Shown in pieces: positions 48,420 through 58,668 of a stretch of DNA of 64,000 nucleotides. The notes under the pieces are model-generated. The model searched no databases, had not been told where the DNA came from, and saw only the letters and a list, made by a program, of their open reading frames with translations. Position 1 is the first letter of the stretch, and each line of letters starts with the position of its first letter. The stretch is from Myxococcales bacterium (GTDB lineage Bacteria > Myxococcota_A > Polyangia > Polyangiales > DASUME01): positions 1,664,001 through 1,728,000 of the forward strand of contig JASGJH010000001.1 in assembly GCA_047601445.1 (NCBI GenBank). Reading direction: 5' to 3'. A program made the position numbers and the translations under genes.

Positions 48420-49328
48420 ATGGACGACATGGCGTCGCGACTGGAATCGACCCTCGATGCTATCGAAGGGGTGTCGCTGCATTTTCTCTACACGGTGATC
48501 GCCCTCGAGTTGTTGGTCTTGTGGGTGCGGAAGAAGTGGGGCGCAAAGAAAGAGAGCTGGGCGAGCCTCGTCGGATTCAACCTCGGCACGGTGCCCTACG
48601 ACTTGTTCTTTGCGGCAATGCAGTACGAACTCATGGTTTGGATGTACGACCACGCCCGGCTGCTGACGCTCGGGGACGCCTGGTACGTTTGGGTCTTGGC
48701 GTTCGTGCTCTACGACCTGGCCTGGTGGCTGGTGCACTTCGCGGCTCACAAAAATCGCTTCTTGTGGTGCATCCACGGTGCGCATCACACGCCGTCGGAG
48801 ATGAACATGAGCGTGGCCATCCGTGGCTCACTATTGGATTTCGTTCAGTACGTGCACTTGATGGTCTGGCTCCCGATACTGGGCTTCCATCCATTCATGG
48901 TCCTGATCGTCAACGTGACCGCCAGGCTCTACGGCCTGTTCACGCACGTACACAAGGACTTCGCACCGCGCACGCCGATGCTGGATGGCTTCCTCATCAC
49001 TCCCTCGTTGCACCGAGTGCATCACGCGAAGAATCCCGTCTACATCGACACCAACTACGCCAACATGTTTTCGCTCTGGGACCGGGTGTTCGGGACACTG
49101 CAGTTGGAGGTGGCGGACGAGGAACCCGTGTTCGGCGTCACCGACGAAGGCGTGAATGCAGAGAGCGTGATCAGCAGTCAGCTCGGAATCTGGAAGAGCA
49201 TGCTCGCAGACATGCGGGCCACACCGCGGTGGATGGACAAGATCAAGATTCCGTTCATGCCGCCGGACTGGCATCCGCGTGCAGCAACGAACGCGCGGGT
49301 GATTCGCGGGACAGCCCTACGGTCCTAG
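48420..49328 (+). CDS. sterol desaturase / alkylglycerol monooxygenase-like protein
   Basis: HFAAH, HGAHH and HRVHH boxes; YID.NYA..F.LWDRVFGT. Starts 7 nt after the synthetase stop. Confidence 0.9.
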   Translation: MDDMASRLESTLDAIEGVSLHFLYTVIALELLVLWVRKKWGAKKESWASLVGFNLGTVPYDLFFAAMQYELMVWMYDHARLLTLGDAWYVWVLAFVLYDLAWWLVHFAAHKNRFLWCIHGAHHTPSEMNMSVAIRGSLLDFVQYVHLMVWLPILGFHPFMVLIVNVTARLYGLFTHVHKDFAPRTPMLDGFLITPSLHRVHHAKNPVYIDTNYANMFSLWDRVFGTLQLEVADEEPVFGVTDEGVNAESVISSQLGIWKSMLADMRATPRWMDKIKIPFMPPDWHPRAATNARVIRGTALRS

Positions 49329-49668
49329 TCGTCGGCCGAAGCCATCGTCGTGTACAGGCTCGGAGCACTCTGCGTTCCCTCACTTCGCCCGCGAGGCGTG
49401 GGCCGTTCCGACGGTTCTCGTCGCGTTGGCCGGCCAGTCTCCCGATACTCAGGAAATAGTATGGTTCACCCCGCCGATCGCGAGCGTCGTTTCAGGACTT
49501 CTGATACCAACTGGTGCCCCAACCATCGTCGAGCTAGCGAAGGCGACGCGACGTCGGTGAGCTCCAGGTGAACGTTCACGGCGCAGCCAAGCGACGTCGA
49601 GCGACGCCTCGCGCCTCCGTCCGCGACCGGCTCGTGCGCCGACGCACGTTCAGTCCAGAGGAGAGAAC

Positions 49669-51252
49669 ATGTCCGCTACGTCCTTCAAAATCAGCGCGCT
49701 CGCGCTGAGCCTGTCCGCCGTCGGCGCCTGCGCCGACCAGGGCGCGCACACCAACCTCGACCAGGCTGAGGGCCGTCGAGTGCTGGCTTCGACGCCCCAG
49801 GCGTTGACTGCGCCAACCACCTATCTCGTCGTCTACAAGCCGGCACCGTTCACGACCGTCCTTTACGTTCCTGCAACGGCTTCCTTCGACATCAGTGTCG
49901 CCGGTGGCAAGCTGGTGTCTTCGTTCCCGGACATCGGCGTGGCCGTCGCCCAGTCCACCAGCGAGACCTTCGCTTCGAAGCTCGCCAAGAACCTGCTCGT
50001 CGAGGGCGTGACCGCCACTGGCGCTGCCGGGATCGCGCTGTCGCCCGCCAGCTTCTCCCCGCCCGCCTGGCCGCCGCTCGGCAACCTGCCCGCGGCCCCG
50101 GCGCCGACGCCCGGTGCCGAGCCCCTGGCTGGCTATCAGTGGAACATGGATCAGATCCACGCCGCACAGGCGCGCGCGATCACCCCGGGTAGGCGCTCGA
50201 TCGTGGTGGGCGTGGCGGATAGCGGCATCGACGACTCGCACGTCGACCTCGCCGGCCAGGTCGACACCAAGCGCAGCGTGAGCTGTGTCGGTGGTATCCC
50301 GGACGATCGCGCCGCGTCATGGCGGGCCGACGACGCGGGCCACGGCACCGCCATGGCGGGCGTAATCGCGGCCAAGAAGAACGGCAAGGGCGTCGCCGGT
50401 ATCGCGCCCGGTGTGTCACTCGCAGCCATCAAGGTTGCGCAGTACGTCCCGGACATCGACTACTACGCAATCTACCCGGAAGCCTTCGTGTGCGGCCTGT
50501 ACTGGGCGGCCAACCGCGGTGTGAACCTGGTCAACGCCAGCCTGGCGCTCGACCCCTGGCTGTACAACTGCCCCAGCGACCCGGCGCAGAAGACGATCAT
50601 CACGGCCACGCAGCGCGCCGTTGCCTACGCTTCCAGCAAGAACGTCACCGTAGTGGCAGCGATGAGCAACGAGGGCGAGGACCTGACCAAGAAGAGCATG
50701 GACCCTTACACCGGTGCGGCCGTCACGCCCGACTGCAAGCTGCTCCCGGTCGAGGCCAGCAACGTGATCGGCGTCAGCGCCGTCGGCTTCACCGGCGACC
50801 TCGCCTTCTACAGCAACTACGGCCTCGGCGTGACCGACTTCGCCGCTCCCGGTGGCGACATGTTCGTGGACGCTGTCGGCTACCCGTCGCCCCAGATCAT
50901 CTCGCCTATCCCGAAGACCAGCAGCATCTACAACTGGGCTGCCGGCTGGGACGGACGCGTGGGCGTGAACTGCAGCGACGGCCTCGACCCCAATGACTCC
51001 ACGGACGTGACCGCCTGCGAGGAGACCTACGCGCTGCTCCAGGGCACCTCGATCGCCACGCCCCACGTGACGGGCATCGCGGCGCTCGCCCTGAGCAAGA
51101 ACCCGCTGCTCACGCCCACGGCGCTCTTCAACGCCCTGAAGGCGGGTGCCACGCCGAAGGCATGCCCGGCCGCCTCCACCTGCGAAGGCCCGGTCGCCAA
51201 CAACGGCTACTTTGGCAACGGCCTCGTGGACGCCCTCAACACGATCGACTGA
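49669..51252 (+). CDS. S8 serine peptidase (lipoprotein)
   Basis: VGAC lipobox; VADSGID, HGTAMAG and QGTSIATPHV catalytic motifs. Confidence 0.93.
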   Translation: MSATSFKISALALSLSAVGACADQGAHTNLDQAEGRRVLASTPQALTAPTTYLVVYKPAPFTTVLYVPATASFDISVAGGKLVSSFPDIGVAVAQSTSETFASKLAKNLLVEGVTATGAAGIALSPASFSPPAWPPLGNLPAAPAPTPGAEPLAGYQWNMDQIHAAQARAITPGRRSIVVGVADSGIDDSHVDLAGQVDTKRSVSCVGGIPDDRAASWRADDAGHGTAMAGVIAAKKNGKGVAGIAPGVSLAAIKVAQYVPDIDYYAIYPEAFVCGLYWAANRGVNLVNASLALDPWLYNCPSDPAQKTIITATQRAVAYASSKNVTVVAAMSNEGEDLTKKSMDPYTGAAVTPDCKLLPVEASNVIGVSAVGFTGDLAFYSNYGLGVTDFAAPGGDMFVDAVGYPSPQIISPIPKTSSIYNWAAGWDGRVGVNCSDGLDPNDSTDVTACEETYALLQGTSIATPHVTGIAALALSKNPLLTPTALFNALKAGATPKACPAASTCEGPVANNGYFGNGLVDALNTID

Positions 51253-51258
51253 GCGACT

Positions 51259-51286
51259 GGCAGGCGCCTGCTTGGGGGCGCCTGCC
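51259..51286. terminator. hairpin between convergent genes
   Basis: GGCAGGCGCC / GGCGCCTGCC 10-bp stem with an 8-nt loop. Confidence 0.6.
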
Positions 51287-51318
51287 TTGCAACGTCGTGC
51301 CGGGGTTTGGCGGACCGC

Positions 51319-52221
51319 CTAGTCCGAGAACCCCTGCTTGAACAATCCCGCTTTCAGGTCCCGCTCGAGCGCCGTTGCGTCGTGGGCGACCACCACGTGG
51401 ACGTCCTTGGGCAGCGCGTTCAATGCCTGGAGCTCGGCGGCCACGGCGGCGCGGTCCTCCTTCATCAAGGGTGTGCCCGCGAGGCCGGGACGACCGCGCT
51501 CGAGGCGGATGTTGTCCTCGGTCCAGGCGATGTCGCCCACGAACAGGTAGCGCTTGCCATCCGCCAGCTCGACGTAGATCAGCTGTGTACCCGGCGTGTG
51601 ACCCGGCGCCTTCTGGAGCACCACACCAGGCGCCACCGCGTGCAGACCGCTGTAGTCAAGCAACTTGAGTTGCTCGAGGGTTCCAGGCGCGAACTTCTCG
51701 CGATCGAGCTTGGGCCCATTGAACTGCTCGCGCGTCATGATCACGTGACCCACGATGGCCGGAAAGTTGGGCGCACTGGCGACGCCACCCACGTGATCCG
51801 GATGCTCGTGCGTAAACACGATGCTCTGCGTTTTCAGCATGGCCTTTTGCAGGCGCGCGTAGGCACTCTCATCGAACTTGGACCCCGGCATGTCTTCACC
51901 GTCCTTGGGGCTGAAGGCGGTGTCGATGATCAACGAGTGGTCTGGCCACATCACGCGGTGGGCGAGCAACACCATGGGATGCATCTTGAAGCCGTCGCCC
52001 GCGACGACCATGGTGCGCGGAAACGCGAAGTCGGCGATCTTTTCTACCTCGATCGACGTGGGCAGCGGACCGCCGCCCTGAGTCGCGGCTTGATGAAGGG
52101 CCTTCAGATCGATCACGAAGGGGGCGTCCGGGTCCGCCGCCGTGTCGAGCAGCAGAACCTTGGCAGCCAACAAGAACGCCGAGAACACAGCCAAACCGAT
52201 GAGCCAACGCTTGAGTCGCAT
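51319..52221 (-). CDS. metallo-beta-lactamase fold hydrolase
   Basis: THEHPDHVGG, APGHTPG, VGD and AHD motifs; N-terminal membrane anchor. Confidence 0.9.
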   Translation of the reverse strand: MRLKRWLIGLAVFSAFLLAAKVLLLDTAADPDAPFVIDLKALHQAATQGGGPLPTSIEVEKIADFAFPRTMVVAGDGFKMHPMVLLAHRVMWPDHSLIIDTAFSPKDGEDMPGSKFDESAYARLQKAMLKTQSIVFTHEHPDHVGGVASAPNFPAIVGHVIMTREQFNGPKLDREKFAPGTLEQLKLLDYSGLHAVAPGVVLQKAPGHTPGTQLIYVELADGKRYLFVGDIAWTEDNIRLERGRPGLAGTPLMKEDRAAVAAELQALNALPKDVHVVVAHDATALERDLKAGLFKQGFSD

Positions 52222-52296
52222 CGCTCACTCTCGTAGCACACGCGCTACGTGCCGACAGCGGGCCGCCCCTCGCGCCCAGTAGGTCCGCTTGGCGAA

Positions 52297-54819
52297 TCAG
52301 TGACCGCCGAGTTTCGCCTTGAAGAGATCGATTAGCGGCTGATTGATGATCCCATCGGTGGGCCACGTCGTGTTTGGATTGCTGCGGTAAACCGCGAAGT
52401 TCGGCTCGTGGTAGGCGTGGAACGTGAAGTGAACGTTGCGCGCCAGCAAGGTATCGAAGACGTCGTTCACCCAGGTTATCCCGCCGCGGTTGTCCTCGTA
52501 GCAGTGGTAGATGACGCCGAACTCGCCCAGGTACACCGGCACCTTGTTCAGAGCCGCCCAATTCAGCGTGTCGTCGATCTCCGCAGCGAGGGCGGCCTGG
52601 TTCCTGTGGGCAACCGCTCCTCCCTTCCAGAACTCGAGGCGCGCCATGGCTCGCGGGCACTGCGGGCGATTCTCTTCGGGATGCGGACGGCACATGTCCT
52701 GGCCCCATACAGCGTCGCCGCGCATCCACACCTCCACGCTGTAGGTATGGCCGGGCTTCGGCGTGAAGAAATGGGCCTGGTTGGTGAGGACCGCCCAGTG
52801 ATCGCTGTTGGCTATCGCGACGGATGTCGAGCCGCCGTGGGGCCCCGTCGATTCGGCGCTCTTGTCCCCGCTCGCTCCGGCCGGCTTCCACAGATCGAAG
52901 CCGGCGATCGTCTCGAGCGGATCGACCACGACGTTACGCACGAAGGCGCCGTTCGGTGCGAACTCCTTGACCACGAGGTCGTCGAAGTAGACCTTGCCAC
53001 CCGCGCGCTCGGCGGTGAGAGCGGGCCGCATCATCGTGGTAGTCGAAGCGTCCCACGCAAACCTCGCCGAGGTGTAGAGCTGCCATCCCGTGGTCCCAGA
53101 CGGAAGCTGCGGGGGCGGCGGGTTATCTCCGACGCCGATCAGCCCGGACTGTTCGTTCAACACGGGAAAATCGGCAGGGTAGCCGCGACCTTCCCCGAAG
53201 GAGGTCCAGTCCGCGAATTGGTGCGTGTACTCGATGGGCGAATAGAAATGGAACTGGTAGAGGATGTTGTCATCCTGCACCATGAAGAAGCTACCGCCGT
53301 TGATGGCCCGCTCGACGACGATGACATGCAGCGGATCCTCGACCCGGATGGCATTCACGATCCGCTGCGCGAGGTTGGGCCAATCCGCGGGGTTGGCCGG
53401 GGTCGCCTCGTTCAGGATGTCGTAGCCAGCGATCGTGGGCTCGTTCCGGTAGCGCCGGGCAATGGCCGCCCACATATCGATCAGGCGCTGCTGGGTGTTC
53501 ACGTTCGTCCAGAGCTCGGTGCCGCCGCCCGTCGATTGATAGCCACCCTGGGGGACGTGCACGTTCAAGACTAGATAGACGCCGTGGGCGCGGGCCCACT
53601 CGATGTTCTTGTCGATCCAGTCCCAACCGCTCTTCTTGTAGCGGCGTGGCAGCCCCGTGGTCCCTGGGGCGGGGTCGTCTTCGAGGAGCTGGTAGTTCAG
53701 GTAGAAGCGGACGGCGTTCATTCCCCACTGAGAGATGCGCGCGAAGTCGTCCTCGTTGTGGTGAAAAGCCGGCGGTTGAGTCGGCAAGCCCCACACGCTG
53801 TTCCCGAAGGCGACGCCGCGCAGCATGGTCTTCTGGCCGGCATCGTTCACGAGATCCTGGAGCTGGCGCTTCAACATCCGCGGAGAGCCCACGCGCCCGA
53901 TGCGATTCTGGCGACGCCCCACGTCCTCGTAGTGCTGGATGGCCCAGCGCCAGGAGGTGCCGTACTGAGCCGCCACGTCCGCATAGAGTTGCGAGTACTC
54001 CTTGACGTGAAAATCAGGCGCAGAGGGGCGCCCCTCGACCATGCCGGTGTCGAAGAAATGATGCAGCCCCAGCAGGTTCGTCGGATTCGCGGCGCGAAGC
54101 TCCGGGTTGATGCCGAGGTAGTACGCAGAGTGGATCGCGTAGCTCGCACGACGCCCTTCACCCACGCCGTGAACGAGCCAGTGCATCGTGGCGCCGTAGT
54201 CGTCGTAGTTCTCGGCGATGTCCGGGTTGTATTTCTTGTACTCGTCCAGATTGAAGAGCGGTGAGGTGAGGACGACTCGTCCGACGCGCCTCTCGATGGG
54301 GTAGCCGCGCGTGAGGTAGTGGTTTGCGGCCGCCACGTAGTTGATGCCGAAGGCCTTCTGGAGATCGGCGTAGATGCGAAGATACTCCTTCACGTAGAAA
54401 TCGTCGGCCGACGCGCGCCCCTCTTTCACGCCAGCGACCACGTAGTGGTTGACGTGCTGCGGCCAGCTCGCTGAGCCAGTGCCGTAGGCGGTGACCAAAT
54501 CCGGATTCAGCCGGGCGTAGGCCTGGACGTCGAAGGTCGAAGAGGCGCGTCGCCCCTCGCCAATGCCGGTCGTCCACCAGTGGGATTGGAGCTGCGCATC
54601 CGTCATCGAAGCCAGATCCGCATTTCTGGTTCGGTAATACTTCACGTTGAAGACGAACGGGCTGAACGCCTTCGCCTGATCGAGCGCGCTCTCGACACGG
54701 CCGACTTCTTCGAGGGGCTCGCTCGTCTCTTCATCCGGGCCGCAGCTACCAGCGGCGACGAGCACGACAACCAATAGGACTCGAGCGAGTCCCTCACGGG
54801 CGCGTTGGGTTTGGCTCAT
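52297..54819 (-). CDS. GH5 glycoside hydrolase lipoprotein with six N-terminal repeats and an inserted CBM-like domain
   Basis: AAGSC lipobox; GMNAVR, LNVH, ILNE (acid/base), FHFY and LGEFG (nucleophile). Start refined to 54819. Confidence 0.88.
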   Translation of the reverse strand: MSQTQRAREGLARVLLVVVLVAAGSCGPDEETSEPLEEVGRVESALDQAKAFSPFVFNVKYYRTRNADLASMTDAQLQSHWWTTGIGEGRRASSTFDVQAYARLNPDLVTAYGTGSASWPQHVNHYVVAGVKEGRASADDFYVKEYLRIYADLQKAFGINYVAAANHYLTRGYPIERRVGRVVLTSPLFNLDEYKKYNPDIAENYDDYGATMHWLVHGVGEGRRASYAIHSAYYLGINPELRAANPTNLLGLHHFFDTGMVEGRPSAPDFHVKEYSQLYADVAAQYGTSWRWAIQHYEDVGRRQNRIGRVGSPRMLKRQLQDLVNDAGQKTMLRGVAFGNSVWGLPTQPPAFHHNEDDFARISQWGMNAVRFYLNYQLLEDDPAPGTTGLPRRYKKSGWDWIDKNIEWARAHGVYLVLNVHVPQGGYQSTGGGTELWTNVNTQQRLIDMWAAIARRYRNEPTIAGYDILNEATPANPADWPNLAQRIVNAIRVEDPLHVIVVERAINGGSFFMVQDDNILYQFHFYSPIEYTHQFADWTSFGEGRGYPADFPVLNEQSGLIGVGDNPPPPQLPSGTTGWQLYTSARFAWDASTTTMMRPALTAERAGGKVYFDDLVVKEFAPNGAFVRNVVVDPLETIAGFDLWKPAGASGDKSAESTGPHGGSTSVAIANSDHWAVLTNQAHFFTPKPGHTYSVEVWMRGDAVWGQDMCRPHPEENRPQCPRAMARLEFWKGGAVAHRNQAALAAEIDDTLNWAALNKVPVYLGEFGVIYHCYEDNRGGITWVNDVFDTLLARNVHFTFHAYHEPNFAVYRSNPNTTWPTDGIINQPLIDLFKAKLGGH

Positions 54820-55416
54820 TCCGCACGCGTAACAGGAGTGCATGCTGCTTGGGCGTAGCGTCACCCCGTATGACCGTGAGGTCCCACGGCCACGCTCGAC
54901 GCCATCCGTATCGACACGCGTGCCCAAATGGGGACGAACCAGGGCGCGCGCGATCCAGCGAAGCGCCGTGATGATGCCGCGCTCGAAGTTCTCACGCTGT
55001 TCGCGGTGCCCTGAGTTGACCCGGACGCGGAGGCACGAGCTCTACCTGCGCTTCCCCCGATCGAGTTCACGGTCCGCTCGAAGCAATCATGCACGACGCA
55101 CACCCTTGGCTCCCTGCGCGTACAGGCAGAGCCCTTCGGGTCGCACTGCTTTGGCGAGGCAGGCCACACTCGCTAGCGAGGTGCGCGCGGGGCCGGTTCC
55201 TTGCGCGCAAAACTTTACGAATCGCTGTGATGGCGATCACCAAGCCGCGCTAACACTTCCCGCTCAATAACGACAAAATGGGATCCGTGAAGCTCTCGAA
55301 TCCAGGACGCGCCTGCATCTCCCCCTACATTGGCGCCGCGGATCCGCAATCGAAATTGCGTGATTGACGCTCACTTTCTCAATAAGCTGACCAACAGTGA
55401 CTAGGAAGGACCCACG

Positions 55417-58398
55417 TTGGGCGCAATTCAGAATGCACTGAGACCGGCGCCCGAAGCCGCTCCCGCGCGACCGCATAGGCCCCGGCAGAAGAGGCCCGAG
55501 AGGTTACTGCGGAGGGCTCCGCTCAAATGGCTCGTACGTAACGCGCTCAGGGTCGTCGCAGGCAGCTGGCTGTTGACGCGCGCCTATCTGCTTTGGGTAT
55601 TGGTCCCCCCCCAGCAGCTGGTCACCTATACGAAGGCAGCCAATCTGTGGCTGCAGGGCCAGGCTCCCTATCTCGACTTCCCGGTCCCCTACGCACCCGG
55701 CATGTTGGTGCTGTCGACCGTACCGCAACTGCTCGCGAACCAGGTCTCCTACGAGCACCTGTTTGCAGGGCTCATGCTGCTGTTCGACTTGGCGATCGTG
55801 TTCGTGCTGTGGCGACTGCCCACGGCTGTGTTCGGCGAGAGCGTCGGGTCGAAGAATCAGGCCGCGGCGCGCAACCGGTATCGATCGCTGGTCACGGTCG
55901 TCGGCTATCTGGGGCTGACGGCCGTGGCGGGGCCGTTCGGCCTCAGCAGCTTCGAGCTGGTGCCGGCGTTCTTCACGGTCGCCTTCCTGTCGGCGGCCCT
56001 GAGTCGCAAGCGTAACCGGTGGCTGCCCGAGCTGCTGCTCGCGCTCGGCATCTGGGTCGACCTGGTTCCGCTGGTTCTCCTGCTGCCATTTGCGGCGCTA
56101 CGCCTGGCCCGTACCCGAAGGCCTGCGAGCGGACCCCACGAGGGCTCGATCCCGGAGATGAGCGGGCCGCGAGTCAAGAGGGCTCGCGGCCCGGCCCGCA
56201 GGCTCGCGCAAAGCGCTGCCACGCTGGCCGTGTTTCTGGTCGCCCTTTTCTGGCCGTTCTACCAGCTGGCTGGCTCGGACCTCTGGCAGTTCTTGCCCGG
56301 CGAGTCGAATGCCGGCCTCGGCCTCGAAAGCCTCTACGCGAGCGTCGCCATGCTCGCCCAAAAGGTGTTCTCGCTGTCCGAGCCGGTGCGCACCACGTAC
56401 TCCGCGAAGGGGCTCGAGCTCACGGGACCTCTCGCCAGCTCGCTGGCGTCGGCATCCGTGTGGGTGGTCGGCCTGGGCCAGCTGGCGGCAGGCGCGTGGT
56501 TCGCCGTGCGGGTTTGCCGAGCGCGGCCAGAGGCGCGAAACGTCGTGTTCGCGCAGGCGGCCCTGGCCCAGCTCCTCTCGCTGCTCGTTCTGCACAGAGC
56601 CTCTTCATCAGAACGCCTGCTCTGGGTGGCCCCGCTGTGCGCGCTCTTTTTCGGGCAGCCGAATCGCCTGGCACCGCGTCTCACCACCCAGGCATTTGCT
56701 ATTTTCGCCCTCGGCTGGGTGACTCTGCGCTTCCATGCGCCCGAGCTGAGAGGCCTCGAGCTGCTCCCGGCACTGCTGGTGGGCGCGCGCTATGCGCTCT
56801 TGGGCCTGACCTTCGTGCAGCTGCTGGGGCCGGAGCCAGCCGCCCCGACCGCGGCACACAGCCGCGCCCAGCGCCCATGGACCCGGGCCCTCCCCTACCT
56901 GACGGCCACGCTCTTCCTGGCCTGGACCGTGGCGGCGAGTCTGAGCGACGAGACGGACTCCGACATCTTCTTTCACATGAAGGTCGCCGAAGACATCTTC
57001 GCGTCCTTCACCTTCCCCACCCTCGACGGCTACTCGGCGACAGCGGCTGGGCGTCCCTTCGTGGCGCACGAGTGGCTCTCCGGGTCGATCTTCCTGTGGA
57101 CGCTGAACCTTTTCGGGCCCTCCGGGCTCAGCTGGCTGGTGGCGCTGCTCGCCTCCGGCTGCGCGGCGCTGATGTTCTCGACCCTGCCCAAGCGCCTTCG
57201 CAACAACGTGCTCGCGCTCCCGCTGTTGATGCTGTGCACGTACATGTTCTTGACGCGCGCGTACATGCGGCCACACATGTTCTCGCTCGTGCTCGAGGCG
57301 CTGCTCGTGGGCAGCCTCGAACGCTGGCGCGTCACGCGCTCGTGGCGCAGCTTGGTGTGGCTGGTGCCGATGCAGGTCCTCTGGATCAACCTGCATGGAG
57401 GCGCGCTCCTCGCGCCGACGCTGGTGGGCGTGGTGTTCGGCGCAGTGGCGCTGTGCGTGGTCTTTCCGCGACTCCAAAGCAGCCATCCAGACGACGCAGC
57501 GTTCACCTGGGACCACGTGCGCCAGCTGTTCTGGCTCGAGCTGGCGATGCTGGCCGCAACGCTCGTGAATCCCTACGGGATCGGCATATTCTTGTTCGCC
57601 ATCAGGCTGGGGTCCGGGCCTGAATACGTGACGCAGATGGTGACCGAGTGGCGGCCGACCCTGCACCTCGCCAACCGCCTCGACTATTGGTTCTGGCCGT
57701 ACCTGGCCTACATGGCGGTGCTGGCCTGTTGCCTGATCGCTCGTCGGCGCGAGAAGCCGGTGGTCGATGTCTTTCTGGCCCTGACGCTCGCCTGGATTTC
57801 GTTGCGCGCCCGGCGCTTTTTGGGTGAGTTCGCCGTGCTCACGTTCCCCATCATGGCGCGCTCCATCTACCGAGCCCTCGACTCCAAGGTGAGGCCGCGG
57901 TTTTGGCTGCCGCGCCATGGCTTCAACATCGCGCTGGCCGCATTGATGCTCGCCACCACGCTGCGCCACGGGTTCGCCGTCAACATGTTCGCCCGGCGCC
58001 ACCTCGGAATCGGCATGCAGGGCGACCTCGCCTACGACGAGATCGCGTCCCTCAAGGCGATGGACCTGAGCGGAGCGATCATGAACGACTACGAAGACGG
58101 GGGACTCATCATTCGCGAGCTCGGTCCCAAGCTCCGGCCCGTGATGGACCCGCGCATCGACATCTATGGCGCCGAGCTGGTCGAGGAGTGGGTCGCCGCG
58201 TCGCTCTCCGTGGATGCATTCGTGGCCTATGCCGACAAATACGGCGTCAATGCTGTCTTGAGGAAGCGGTTCATGATGCGCCAGGACGAAGTGAGGGCAT
58301 ACCTCGCGAGCAGTCCCGACTGGCAGCTGTTGCCTTCGAGTCACGGTCGGTATCTCTACGTGCGCAAGGAACCGCTCGGCGCGGCAGGCCACCCCTAG
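55417..58398 (+). CDS. fusion of two GT-C-like membrane glycosyltransferase domains
   Basis: N-half is GT87-like (G..PY.DF.V.Y.PG; GL..ES). C-half has D.FFH…HEWLS…RPHMFS…LWINLHGG…EW.P…DPR.D.YG. Start uncertain. Confidence 0.7.
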   Translation: MGAIQNALRPAPEAAPARPHRPRQKRPERLLRRAPLKWLVRNALRVVAGSWLLTRAYLLWVLVPPQQLVTYTKAANLWLQGQAPYLDFPVPYAPGMLVLSTVPQLLANQVSYEHLFAGLMLLFDLAIVFVLWRLPTAVFGESVGSKNQAAARNRYRSLVTVVGYLGLTAVAGPFGLSSFELVPAFFTVAFLSAALSRKRNRWLPELLLALGIWVDLVPLVLLLPFAALRLARTRRPASGPHEGSIPEMSGPRVKRARGPARRLAQSAATLAVFLVALFWPFYQLAGSDLWQFLPGESNAGLGLESLYASVAMLAQKVFSLSEPVRTTYSAKGLELTGPLASSLASASVWVVGLGQLAAGAWFAVRVCRARPEARNVVFAQAALAQLLSLLVLHRASSSERLLWVAPLCALFFGQPNRLAPRLTTQAFAIFALGWVTLRFHAPELRGLELLPALLVGARYALLGLTFVQLLGPEPAAPTAAHSRAQRPWTRALPYLTATLFLAWTVAASLSDETDSDIFFHMKVAEDIFASFTFPTLDGYSATAAGRPFVAHEWLSGSIFLWTLNLFGPSGLSWLVALLASGCAALMFSTLPKRLRNNVLALPLLMLCTYMFLTRAYMRPHMFSLVLEALLVGSLERWRVTRSWRSLVWLVPMQVLWINLHGGALLAPTLVGVVFGAVALCVVFPRLQSSHPDDAAFTWDHVRQLFWLELAMLAATLVNPYGIGIFLFAIRLGSGPEYVTQMVTEWRPTLHLANRLDYWFWPYLAYMAVLACCLIARRREKPVVDVFLALTLAWISLRARRFLGEFAVLTFPIMARSIYRALDSKVRPRFWLPRHGFNIALAALMLATTLRHGFAVNMFARRHLGIGMQGDLAYDEIASLKAMDLSGAIMNDYEDGGLIIRELGPKLRPVMDPRIDIYGAELVEEWVAASLSVDAFVAYADKYGVNAVLRKRFMMRQDEVRAYLASSPDWQLLPSSHGRYLYVRKEPLGAAGHP

Positions 58399-58668
58399 CT
58401 GCGGTGCGATCCGACCGCGTGCCTGCGCACGAGCACGCTGCCGTCGGGCCCGCATGACGACCTAGCCCGGCCAACGTGACGGACCCAAGGTGACCTCACC
58501 GGGCTGCGGCTGGTCGTCGGCGTCCCCAGAGGGCCCTTATCAGCCCCCTCAGCCTGCTCGAATTGAGTCGGCTGGCACGGACGCGGGGGGTCGACGCTGG
58601 CCGATCCGGCGTCAGCCGGCTGGTCGGCAGGCCGAAAACAGAGCAGGATGGCCCCTTCATCGGGAGCT

